Assembly (NCBI GenBank): GCA_050485185.1
Contig: JBJHAW010000003.1
Location: forward strand, 27,653 to 91,652
Direction of reading: 5' to 3'
DNA from: Planctomycetaceae bacterium
GTDB taxonomy: Bacteria; Planctomycetota; Planctomycetia; Planctomycetales; Planctomycetaceae
DNA: 64,000 nucleotides
The position numbers and the translations under genes were made by a program. The notes beneath the pieces were generated by a model that did not search any database, had not been told where the DNA came from, and saw only the letters and a program-made list of their open reading frames with translations. This document shows, in pieces, positions 48,756-57,168 of the stretch (position 1 is its first letter; each line of letters opens with the position of its first letter).

Positions 48756-50153
48756 TCAGGCGAGGATTTCTTGGACAATGCGGCCGTGAACGTCGGTCAG
48801 ACGGTAATCGCGGCCGGCGTAGTGATACGTCAGCCGTTCATGATCCAACCCCAGCAGATGCAGCACGGTGGCGTGCATGTCATGGACGTGCATTTTGTCC
48901 TGCACCGCTTTGAAGCCAAATTCATCCGTTTCGCCGTAGGTCATCCCGCCGCGGATTCCGCCGCCTGCCATCCACATCGTGAAGCCGTGATGGTTGTGGT
49001 CGCGTCCGTCGCCATTTTCCGAGGTGGGGGTCCGGCCGAATTCACCGCCCCAAATCACCAGGGTATCTTCGAGCAGTCCCCGTTGTTTCAGGTCAGTCAG
49101 CAGGGCGGCTGTCGGTTGATCGATGGCCTTGCAGAGTTTCTGGACCTGCTCATTGTGCTTGGAGTGGGTATCCCAGGGCTGACCGTTGCCGTAATACAGT
49201 TGCACAAAGCGAACGCCCCGCTCGACGAGTCGCCGCGCCAGCAGGCAACCGCTGGCAAAATGCCCCTCGCCATAAGCTTCCCGCGTTGTTTGCGACTCTC
49301 GGCTCAGATCGAAGGCTTCGTGTGCCTCCGTCTGCATGCGATAGGCCGTTTCCAGGGAAGCCATGCGCGCCTCGAAGGCGCGATCCGCCCCCCGAGATGC
49401 CAGATGCAGGGAGTTCATTCGCTGCAACAGATCCAGCTGACGACGCTGGCTGGAGAGATCCTGACTTGCATTTCGCAGGAACGGAATCAGTTTTTCCGGA
49501 TTCAGGTCGGAATGATTCACATAGGTTCCCTGATGAGACGAGGGGAGGAAAGCACTGTTCCACAACACCGAAAACCGAACCGGACGCCCCGGGCAGAGCA
49601 CGATGTAACCAGGCAAGTTCTCGTTTTCCGTTCCCAAGCCGTATTGAAACCAAGCCCCCATGCTGGGACGGGTCGGGAGGATGGTGCCGTTGTTCATTTG
49701 CAGCAGTGCCGGTCCATGATTGGGATTGTCGGAATGCATCGAACGCAGCACGCAGATATCGTCGATACAGGCCCCCAGATTCGGCAACAACTCCGTGACG
49801 GGCACACCGCTTTCGCCCCGCTGGAGAAACTTGAAGGACGAGGGAAGCAAGCCCCCCGTGGGCCGTTCCGTCCGCAAATCGGCCCCCTCGGGACGCTGTC
49901 CCGCATATTTTTCCAACGCCGGCTTGGGATCGAACAAATCGGCCTGAAATGGACCACCATTCATGAACAGGTGTATGACTCGCTTGGCACGAGGCAGGAA
50001 ATGCGGCCCTGGTGCCTGATTGCCAGTGCTCGCCCCCTGTACCGGTTGTGACAACAACGACGCTGCTCCCAGCATCCCCAACCCTCCCCCCAGATACTCC
50101 AGCAAGGTTCGGCGGGGAATGCCTGGAAATGCAGTCTGTTCGGTCTGACTCAT
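48756..50153 (-). CDS. DUF1501-domain protein (Tat-like signal)
   Basis: PRRTLL; AKRVIHLFMNGGP, DLFDPKP, WDTH, GGEFGRTP, GRDH, HVHDMHAT. Confidence 0.93.
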   Translation of the reverse strand: MSQTEQTAFPGIPRRTLLEYLGGGLGMLGAASLLSQPVQGASTGNQAPGPHFLPRAKRVIHLFMNGGPFQADLFDPKPALEKYAGQRPEGADLRTERPTGGLLPSSFKFLQRGESGVPVTELLPNLGACIDDICVLRSMHSDNPNHGPALLQMNNGTILPTRPSMGAWFQYGLGTENENLPGYIVLCPGRPVRFSVLWNSAFLPSSHQGTYVNHSDLNPEKLIPFLRNASQDLSSQRRQLDLLQRMNSLHLASRGADRAFEARMASLETAYRMQTEAHEAFDLSRESQTTREAYGEGHFASGCLLARRLVERGVRFVQLYYGNGQPWDTHSKHNEQVQKLCKAIDQPTAALLTDLKQRGLLEDTLVIWGGEFGRTPTSENGDGRDHNHHGFTMWMAGGGIRGGMTYGETDEFGFKAVQDKMHVHDMHATVLHLLGLDHERLTYHYAGRDYRLTDVHGRIVQEILA

Positions 50154-50313
50154 GAGATGTTCCTCTGCCATCAGGGGGGCCACAACTCTCCACACTGGCG
50201 GGCTACGATCAGGAGAGTGGTAAGAGACGTTGTAAGCTGATTGTAAAATGGACGGTCCGATCTGTGTCTCGGACTGAAATCCTCAATTAGGTGTTAGGCG
50301 TTAGGCTCTTGTT

Positions 50314-50502
50314 CCGTAACATGCGTGCATGTTGTAAGTACTTCTCAGTTGCGGTGTTGCCGCGTTAGGAATGAAACGTCGCATGGCCGTTACTCAACCG
50401 TGAAGTGCAAAATATCCAGTACGACGGACTTCTAGTCCGTCGCTTACAAACTCCGACGGACTAGAAGTCCGTCGTACTTGGTTGCGGCGTTGCCGCGTTA
50501 GG
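50314..50502. repeat. Inverted REP doublet family D, copy 1
   Basis: gtacgacggacttctagtccgtcg (50419-50442) - 11 nt - cgacggactagaagtccgtcgtac (50454-50477), then ggttgcggcgttgccgcgttagg. Confidence 0.85.
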
Positions 50503-51039
50503 AGGATGGTGGGGCACGTCGCCCAAAAAGGGACAGTGATCACTTGATTGCACTGCCGGGATATAAAAACACTTCCACCGACGCTTGCTCCTTTGACCGG
50601 ACTGGCCAGGAGATTCCTTGCTGGCCGAAGCACTCTCTGTTGTACCCGGGATCACGAGACTTTTCCAGATGAACCAGCCAGAATCACACGAGAAATCAAT
50701 TCCGGCCGGCTCCTGCTGATCGATTCCGTTCAGGCCACCAGGTTTTCGGGCTCGCGAAGACCGCTCGTGAGTTTGGCGTGGTTGCCGATTATGCCGGGCT
50801 GCGACCAATCGTCTCCCCTTTTTCCGGACGGAGCACTTTTCCCGGAGCCGATTTCCCGGTAGGTTGGAACAAAATGCGAACTGGCTGAGGATCGACCTGA
50901 CTGTTCGGTTGATCCCCTGCCAGCAATTATGGCGAAACAAGCTCTCTACTCATCTCCCCCTTGTCGTTGAGGCAGCGGGGCGTTGGGGCAGACAATCTTC
51001 ACGGATTCCACTTCAGAGTTAACTCCAGGGTAACACACC

Positions 51040-52335
51040 ATGCGTAACGTAGTTGGACTGATTCTCGGCGGGGGCAAAGGAACCCGACTGTTCCCATTGA
51101 CCGCACAACGCTCGAAGCCCGCCGTCCCGCTGGCTGCCAAGTATCGCATCATCGATATTCCGATCGCCAACTGCATCAACAGCGACATCAACAGCATTTA
51201 TCTGTTGACGCAATTCAATTCGGTCTCGCTGCATCGACATATCCGGCAAACCTACAATTTCGATGGGTTTCACGGGGGCTTTGTGGAGATTCTGGCCGCT
51301 CAGCAAACGACCGAGGGAGCCAACTGGTATCAGGGAACAGCCGACGCGGTTCGCAAGAATCTCCGCTATGTACAACAACCGGGCATCGAGTACGTACTGA
51401 TTCTCTCGGGAGATCAACTGTATCGCATGAATTATTCCGAGATGTTGAAGACGCATCAGGAATCCGGGGCCGACGCCACCATCGCGGCATTGCCGGTCAC
51501 TCGTGAGGCAGCCAAAGGCTTCGGCATCATGCGTCTCGACGACACCGGGCGAGTGCTTGGCTTTCTGGAAAAGCCGCAGACCGACCAGGAAATGGAAATC
51601 GTGAAAACCGATCCTAGTTGGATCGATGCCCGTGGCATCAACAGTCAAGGACGAGACTGCCTGGCCAGCATGGGGATTTATCTGTTCAACCGCGATGTGC
51701 TGGTCGAACTGCTGACGAAAAACGATTACGAGGACTTCGGGAAAGAGGTCTTCCCCATGTCCATCCGCACGCATCAGGTGCAAGTGCATCTGTTCGACGG
51801 GTACTGGGAGGACATCGGGACCATCAAATCGTTCTTCGAATGCAATCTAGATCTGGCCCAACCGGAACCGCCGTTCGAGTTTTACCGCCCCGATTCCCCG
51901 ATTTACACGCGTCCCCGGTTTCTTCCCGCCAGCAAGTTCAGCGGCGTGCATGTCGATACGGCCCTCATCGCGGATGGCTGCCTGATCGGCAAAGGGACAA
52001 CCATTGAGAATAGCGTGATCGGCCTCCGCTGCCGCATCGGTGAAAACTGCACGATCCGGAATTCGGTCATTATGGGGGCTGACTATTTCGAATCCGAAAC
52101 CTCTTCGCACAGCCATCAGGAGCAGGGGGTCCCCTCGATCGGCATCGGCGATCATTGCGTGATCGAAAACGCCATCATCGACAAGAACTGCCGCATCGGG
52201 AACGGCGTGCACCTGGCCCCCAATGGCCAACAGGAAGCCGACATCCCCGATCCGGAACTCTACATCCGCGACGGCATTCTCTGTGTTCCCAAGGGAGCCA
52301 CCATTTCCAGCGGCTGGAAAAGCAGCCCTCAATAA
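51040..52335 (+). CDS. glgC: Glucose-1-phosphate adenylyltransferase
   Basis: LGGGKGTRLFPLT..RSKPAVP, WYQGTADAVR, LSGDQLY, LASMGIY, YWEDIGT. Confidence 0.97.
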   Translation: MRNVVGLILGGGKGTRLFPLTAQRSKPAVPLAAKYRIIDIPIANCINSDINSIYLLTQFNSVSLHRHIRQTYNFDGFHGGFVEILAAQQTTEGANWYQGTADAVRKNLRYVQQPGIEYVLILSGDQLYRMNYSEMLKTHQESGADATIAALPVTREAAKGFGIMRLDDTGRVLGFLEKPQTDQEMEIVKTDPSWIDARGINSQGRDCLASMGIYLFNRDVLVELLTKNDYEDFGKEVFPMSIRTHQVQVHLFDGYWEDIGTIKSFFECNLDLAQPEPPFEFYRPDSPIYTRPRFLPASKFSGVHVDTALIADGCLIGKGTTIENSVIGLRCRIGENCTIRNSVIMGADYFESETSSHSHQEQGVPSIGIGDHCVIENAIIDKNCRIGNGVHLAPNGQQEADIPDPELYIRDGILCVPKGATISSGWKSSPQ

Positions 52336-52395
52336 ATCATCGGTCCCATGATCCCCGGCAGGTGCGATTTTCCATTCGAAAATCAAGCCGCACAT

Positions 52396-53250
52396 TCAGC
52401 TTGAAATTTTATGCGGGAACCGCGGGGCTTTGGTCTTGCTGGCTGCCTGTGTGTTGGAATCCGTGGGATTCGCTGTTCTGCGATTCCACTCGGAAAGTTC
52501 CTTCTGGGCTGGCTGAGAAGTCGGTTTGGCCCGTCGGAAGTGGATATTACGAGCCTGAATTCCGGGCGTTGCGTACGAGAATCGCCAGTTGCCCCAACCA
52601 TACGTGAAACAGGTCCCCAATACCTGGTACCCCAGTCGCTCACAGCTTTTCAACGAAGCCTGGTTCGTCCAGTCCACATCCGATAGCAACGCCCGAACTC
52701 CCTGAGCGGAGAGTTCACGCAAGGCCCGGGCCATCCCGATGCCGTGCAATCGCAGCCCCCGATAATTCGGATGGGTATAACCGTGATGCATGTAGGCCGC
52801 CTCCGCAGGAACCTGCATGATCAAGCCGAAATCATCCGCAGGTACCTCCGCCTGCACACCGTACCAGCCATAAGCAGCCAATTCCCCATGAATCAGGCAA
52901 GCATAGCAACGATCCGTTCCCTGCTCAGCCTGTTTCACCAGTTGCTCCGTCAACGGAAACTCTCCACTCTGCGCATACTCAGCGACTTCAGTTGCGGTCA
53001 AAAAGCGAAATTCAGCCCCGTCGGGCAAATTCTGTTCGTCCGCTGCGTTTTCCAAGGGGAGCCAGACAATCCGATTCGCCTCAAAACCAAAACACGGATA
53101 GAGCAACCGATTCAGCGTCAAGCGGGCCAGCATGCCCCAACCCATTTCGCGATAGACTTGTCCCGTGCGACTCAGCTTATGCCTGATTTTTCCGACGATC
53201 CCCATCAGTCCGGTTCCTTTGCTTCTCTTGGAAATGTCCACATTCGCCAT
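52396..53250 (-). CDS. GNAT-family acyltransferase
   Basis: YMHHGYTHPNYRGLRLHG (motif A), NQASLKSCERLGY (motif B). Confidence 0.75.
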   Translation of the reverse strand: MANVDISKRSKGTGLMGIVGKIRHKLSRTGQVYREMGWGMLARLTLNRLLYPCFGFEANRIVWLPLENAADEQNLPDGAEFRFLTATEVAEYAQSGEFPLTEQLVKQAEQGTDRCYACLIHGELAAYGWYGVQAEVPADDFGLIMQVPAEAAYMHHGYTHPNYRGLRLHGIGMARALRELSAQGVRALLSDVDWTNQASLKSCERLGYQVLGTCFTYGWGNWRFSYATPGIQARNIHFRRAKPTSQPAQKELSEWNRRTANPTDSNTQAASKTKAPRFPHKISS

Positions 53251-53286
53251 GATCTGCCTTCAACTCTGCTCGGTTCAAATCATGGG

Positions 53287-54273
53287 TTAAACCTCGAGCA
53301 GGACGCCTCCCCACGACAGCCCCGCACCAAACCCCAGCAATAACAGTCGGTCTCCCGGTTGTACTCGCCGTTTACGATACAATTCGTCCAAGGCGATCGG
53401 CACACTCCCTGCCATCGTGTTCCCGTACTGATCGATGTTGATCACCACCCGGTCCTCGGGGATCCCCAGTTGACTGGCGGATTCCAGCAGGATGTTGCGA
53501 TTGGCCTGGTGGGGAATCAACCAGTCGATCTCCCGCGGCAAGATACCGGCCTCAGCACACAATTGCCGGACGGTTTCGGGGAAGACACGCGTCGCGAATT
53601 GCCAAATCGCCTTGCCATCCATCTGCATGGTCCCTCCCACCGGGACACTCAGCGGTTCGTCATCCCCCTCGGAATAGACTTGACTGGCGAGCACTCGACC
53701 GGAACCACCTGTTCCCAACACCACAGCCCCTGCCCCGTCGCCAAAGAAAATCGAAGTTAACCGATCCGCGGGATTCACCAGGCGGGTCCCGAGGTCAACT
53801 CCTACCACCAAAGCCGTCTGCACGCCCGTCTGAAAATATCGGACAGCCACATCGAACGCGGTGACGAACCCATTGCAGGCATTCACAACATCAAACGCCA
53901 TCGCCCGCCGGGCACACAGATTCCGTTGCAGCAAACAAGCCGTGGCGGGCATGGTGTAATCGGGAGTGGAGGTTGCCACAATAAACAACTCGACATCTTG
54001 CGGAGTAATTCCACTTCGCTCCAGCGCCGTCAAAGCGGCTTCCGTCGCCAAGTCACTCGCGCGCACCCCCGCCTCGGCTACCCGCCGCCGTTCAATTCCC
54101 GTCTTGCTCACGACCCACTCCGCCGAGGTCTCCAATGCATTTCGCTGAATCAACTCCGCATTAGAAACTCGCCCCACAGGCAAACCGGCCCCAGTCCCCA
54201 GAATGTTCACTCCTGCACACCAGCGCCCCCGTGCCGAATGCACTTTTCCCCGTACCCGCAAATCCCCCATCAT
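53287..54273 (-). CDS. fabH: 3-oxoacyl-ACP synthase III (FabH/KAS III family)
   Basis: Cys-His-Asn triad: DVVNACNGF, PHQAN, YGNT; FFGDGAGA, GFGAGLSWG; role in primary fatty-acid synthesis not established. Confidence 0.88.
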   Translation of the reverse strand: MMGDLRVRGKVHSARGRWCAGVNILGTGAGLPVGRVSNAELIQRNALETSAEWVVSKTGIERRRVAEAGVRASDLATEAALTALERSGITPQDVELFIVATSTPDYTMPATACLLQRNLCARRAMAFDVVNACNGFVTAFDVAVRYFQTGVQTALVVGVDLGTRLVNPADRLTSIFFGDGAGAVVLGTGGSGRVLASQVYSEGDDEPLSVPVGGTMQMDGKAIWQFATRVFPETVRQLCAEAGILPREIDWLIPHQANRNILLESASQLGIPEDRVVINIDQYGNTMAGSVPIALDELYRKRRVQPGDRLLLLGFGAGLSWGGVLLEV

Positions 54274-54597
54274 CTCCCACTCCTACTGAATCTAAAGAGT
54301 GCCAGCATTCAACTCCAGACTCAGCAAACCTACGCCATCCTCGCCTCAACCCCAGTAAATTCTCCCCATTCCCTTGCTCCCACTGTACCAATCCCGGCAA
54401 AAAAACCGCTTGTAGCGATTACGCCAATCAGCGGAGAGCCAGGCAAAGCCTTGTGAAATCAGTACATTCCCCCCAGCATGTTTATTTTTCTTAATGTGTC
54501 TTTACCCCGCCCATTGCCTGGAAATTCATAAAATGCTTGATTAAAGTGCATCAGTCGATTTGCGTGCGCCAGTGGAGGCGCATCTACTTTTGGGGAT

Positions 54598-54614
54598 TTG
54601 GCCAAAAATTTGCG
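54598..54614 (+). promoter_or_regulatory. Sigma-54 (-24/-12)-like promoter
   Basis: TTGG-CCAAAAATTT-GCG: GG at 54600-01 and GC at 54612-13, exactly 10 nt apart. Confidence 0.45.
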
Positions 54615-54632
54615 ACCACAATGGAGATACAC

Positions 54633-55784
54633 ATGAGTTCTCATCGCTTGAAAAGAGGGATTTGCGGATTGGCCTTCATTCTGATCTCAATTTTTGCACC
54701 CGTCCCTTCGCCTAACAGCGGTATGATTTGGGGGCAAGTGGCTCCACCACCTGAGACTTTACCAGAGCCGAATTTACGCGAGGAAATACGAAACTCATTT
54801 ATTCACATACATGGTGGGTTGCAACAACTCAATGAAGCTATTGAAAAGAACAGTAAGATCCTTGAACGAATCGAGAAAAAACTGGGCGAGACGGGTCCCA
54901 AGCCTGGGGCAGGCGCAGCGACTCCAGCAGCAGACGATCAGGAAGGAGATCAGCCGACCATCACGCGAGCTGATAAGGTGCACGTCATTCTGATTTGCGA
55001 CACTCAAGATAGCGATCTTGGAGTGGGTTTCGGAGCAGGGCAATCGATGATGTCAGACTTACTTGCCGATCAAGGGGGTTGCCTCAATGAAGATGGAACC
55101 CAGTTAAATCCGAGTGTGATGATCATCAATGGGGCGTTATGCAGAGCGTCGATTGTAAGGAATCGGATTACCAGTAGTAATCCTGCACTGCAGGTTGGCA
55201 AGAATGATACGGTATTTTGCTATATTGCTTGCCATGGTTACTTCTCTCCAAGCGATGGACAAATATTTGACTTTTTTCATGACAGACAGCAAGATCGTCT
55301 GTTGAGGTCCAGGCTGTTTGGATTGCTGAAAAGCCTGGGAGCCCGACAAACGATACTTATCAGTGATTCCTGCACTGCGTTTGTCCGAGATACGCAGGCA
55401 TCGAGTGCAGCCCGGGCAGCCGTCTTACCCTCAGCTGTGACAAAAACAGACTACCTCTGCATGCTATTGTATTTCGGGCGTGGAGACATCAGCATCAGCG
55501 CTTGCGAAATCCCCAGCGATCGCAACAACCCGGGTCAATTTTCCTGGTATCCCACAGGCCGGGAGGGCATTTTCACCACGGCTTTTGTCCAGCATGCAAA
55601 ATACTTGCCACCCAAGCCTGGCAGAGTTGTTAACTGGAATCATTTTTTCCAGAGTGTGCAGAATACAACAAGGCTAGAAATGGAAGGAATTATACGAACC
55701 ACGGGAGTGAATCTACCCATAGGATACAGGCATATAAATCGTGCAGATGTAAGGCAGATACCGACATGGGTACTCGGGAACTGA
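54633..55784 (+). CDS. Probably exported caspase-fold (clan CD, peptidase C14-like) cysteine protease with N-terminal coiled coil
   Basis: GGAG RBS; signal-like N-terminus; TVFCYIACHG (His codon 55233) and ILISDSC (Cys codon 55371); GQFS...GIFTTAF and terminal QIP motifs. Confidence 0.75.
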   Translation: MSSHRLKRGICGLAFILISIFAPVPSPNSGMIWGQVAPPPETLPEPNLREEIRNSFIHIHGGLQQLNEAIEKNSKILERIEKKLGETGPKPGAGAATPAADDQEGDQPTITRADKVHVILICDTQDSDLGVGFGAGQSMMSDLLADQGGCLNEDGTQLNPSVMIINGALCRASIVRNRITSSNPALQVGKNDTVFCYIACHGYFSPSDGQIFDFFHDRQQDRLLRSRLFGLLKSLGARQTILISDSCTAFVRDTQASSAARAAVLPSAVTKTDYLCMLLYFGRGDISISACEIPSDRNNPGQFSWYPTGREGIFTTAFVQHAKYLPPKPGRVVNWNHFFQSVQNTTRLEMEGIIRTTGVNLPIGYRHINRADVRQIPTWVLGN

Positions 55785-55887
55785 TAGCAGGCAGTTGCTA
55801 GCCAAGCTTGCGTAAACCATTTGGAGAAAATCAGCAGATCGAGTCGGTTGTCGGCCTTTGTTATTTTGTAGTATTCAGGAGCGAATC

Positions 55888-56325
55888 ATGAAAAAACTGC
55901 TTGTACTCACTCTTCTGCTCAGCCTGTTACTGGTGACGGGAAGCGTAGAAGCCAATTACCGCTTTCGCATGCAAATCCGTGGACGGGGTCCCATGTTGCC
56001 ATTCGCACCAGCCCCGATGTTTCTGGTTCAGCCCCCCAGTCAAGTACACCAGCGAGACCAGTCTCATGAGGACTCGTTATCCAGAATTGCCCGCAGGCCT
56101 GTGGATACCTCTCGCTTCCGGGACACCCTGAATCACACGCGTGTCATCCTGACTAAATTGAACATCGAAGAAGACACCTACCCTGAAATGCAGACCATTG
56201 AGCGCCGACTGGCCAATTTACAGGAGGAAACCGGTGGTGATCGAAGGTTTATCCCTCAGGAGGTCATCTCGATCAATCCCGATCAAGGTGACATCCTGAT
56301 TCCGAGCAACTTCAGAACGAGATAG
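55888..56325 (+). CDS. Secreted hypothetical protein (145 aa)
   Basis: AGGAG RBS; MKKLLVLTLLLSLLLVTGSVEA signal peptide; Pro-rich segment; short heptad IERRLANLQEE. Confidence 0.75.
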   Translation: MKKLLVLTLLLSLLLVTGSVEANYRFRMQIRGRGPMLPFAPAPMFLVQPPSQVHQRDQSHEDSLSRIARRPVDTSRFRDTLNHTRVILTKLNIEEDTYPEMQTIERRLANLQEETGGDRRFIPQEVISINPDQGDILIPSNFRTR

Positions 56326-56374
56326 AAAGTTTACGTTTCGTCTCAGGCAATGAGTAATCGACTGTACCGATTAT

Positions 56375-56407
56375 GCGGCTCGGCTTAACAGCCGAGCCGC
56401 TTTTTTT
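56375..56407 (+). terminator. Intrinsic terminator
   Basis: gcggctcggct-taac-agccgagccgc-ttttttt. Confidence 0.85.
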
Positions 56408-56506
56408 GGGTCTGATGCCTATTGAGGTAACAATGTGTGCACGTGAAGCCGATTCCAGTACAGAGACTTGGAGCATGTTAAATCATCTCGCCGAAGGGGC
56501 TGAGTT

Positions 56507-57043
56507 ATGGGACGCGTGGCAATCTGGGGGCTTTGTCTGGGGACTGTGCTGATCCTTTCAGAACCGCAAGCGGCTGCACAGCAAAGATTCTGTTTTGACA
56601 TGCCCTCTTGTCAAACCTCCCAATCCTGCAATCGGGGTGGAGATCAGGGATGTGGTCGCTGCTGTAAGATCATCATGCGACGCAACGTTTTTGGCTCGAC
56701 TTGCTTTGGACCACCGGCTCCCGCTGCAGGCGTGGTCGTTTCCAGCGTCCCGGCTTTGACGGTAGCCACTCCTGCCCTTCCGCTCTCTTTTGGAGCGGTC
56801 TCTGCGGGGGGGATGTCTGAAAGTGACGTTGCCCGGGTTGCTGCCGCCGCCGCCCGAGATGTGCTGGCTGCGTCAGGAGGGGATCGTGCGGGGGCAGCCT
56901 CTGCCGGGGCAGTCAGCAATCGCTGCGATGATCCTTGCGCCGACATTAAGCAACTGCAACACGATGTGGAACATCTCAGGCAAATCACAAGGAATCTAGC
57001 TGTCGCAGTAGATGCTTTAGTGGACCGGCTGAATAACGAATGA
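56507..57043 (+). CDS. Secreted hypothetical protein: Cys-rich head, Ala-rich linker, CDDPC + C-terminal coiled coil
   Basis: Signal peptide ending AAA; IKQLQHDVEHLRQITRNL heptads. Confidence 0.75.
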   Translation: MGRVAIWGLCLGTVLILSEPQAAAQQRFCFDMPSCQTSQSCNRGGDQGCGRCCKIIMRRNVFGSTCFGPPAPAAGVVVSSVPALTVATPALPLSFGAVSAGGMSESDVARVAAAAARDVLAASGGDRAGAASAGAVSNRCDDPCADIKQLQHDVEHLRQITRNLAVAVDALVDRLNNE

Positions 57044-57168
57044 GCAGGAGCTGAAAATTCGCTCGCCGAGTTTCCAAGGTCGCATTCTGGCACACAGATT
57101 CCAATTGATAGAAATCACTATATATCCCCTCTGGGAAACAAGAAGCATTCCACCAGGGAAGGTTGGTT

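Noticed and set aside
57087-57103. Second sigma-54-like site TGGCACACAGATTCC upstream of the fourth cluster gene
   Set aside because: The -24 box is perfect but the -12 dinucleotide is CC, not GC; too weak to call
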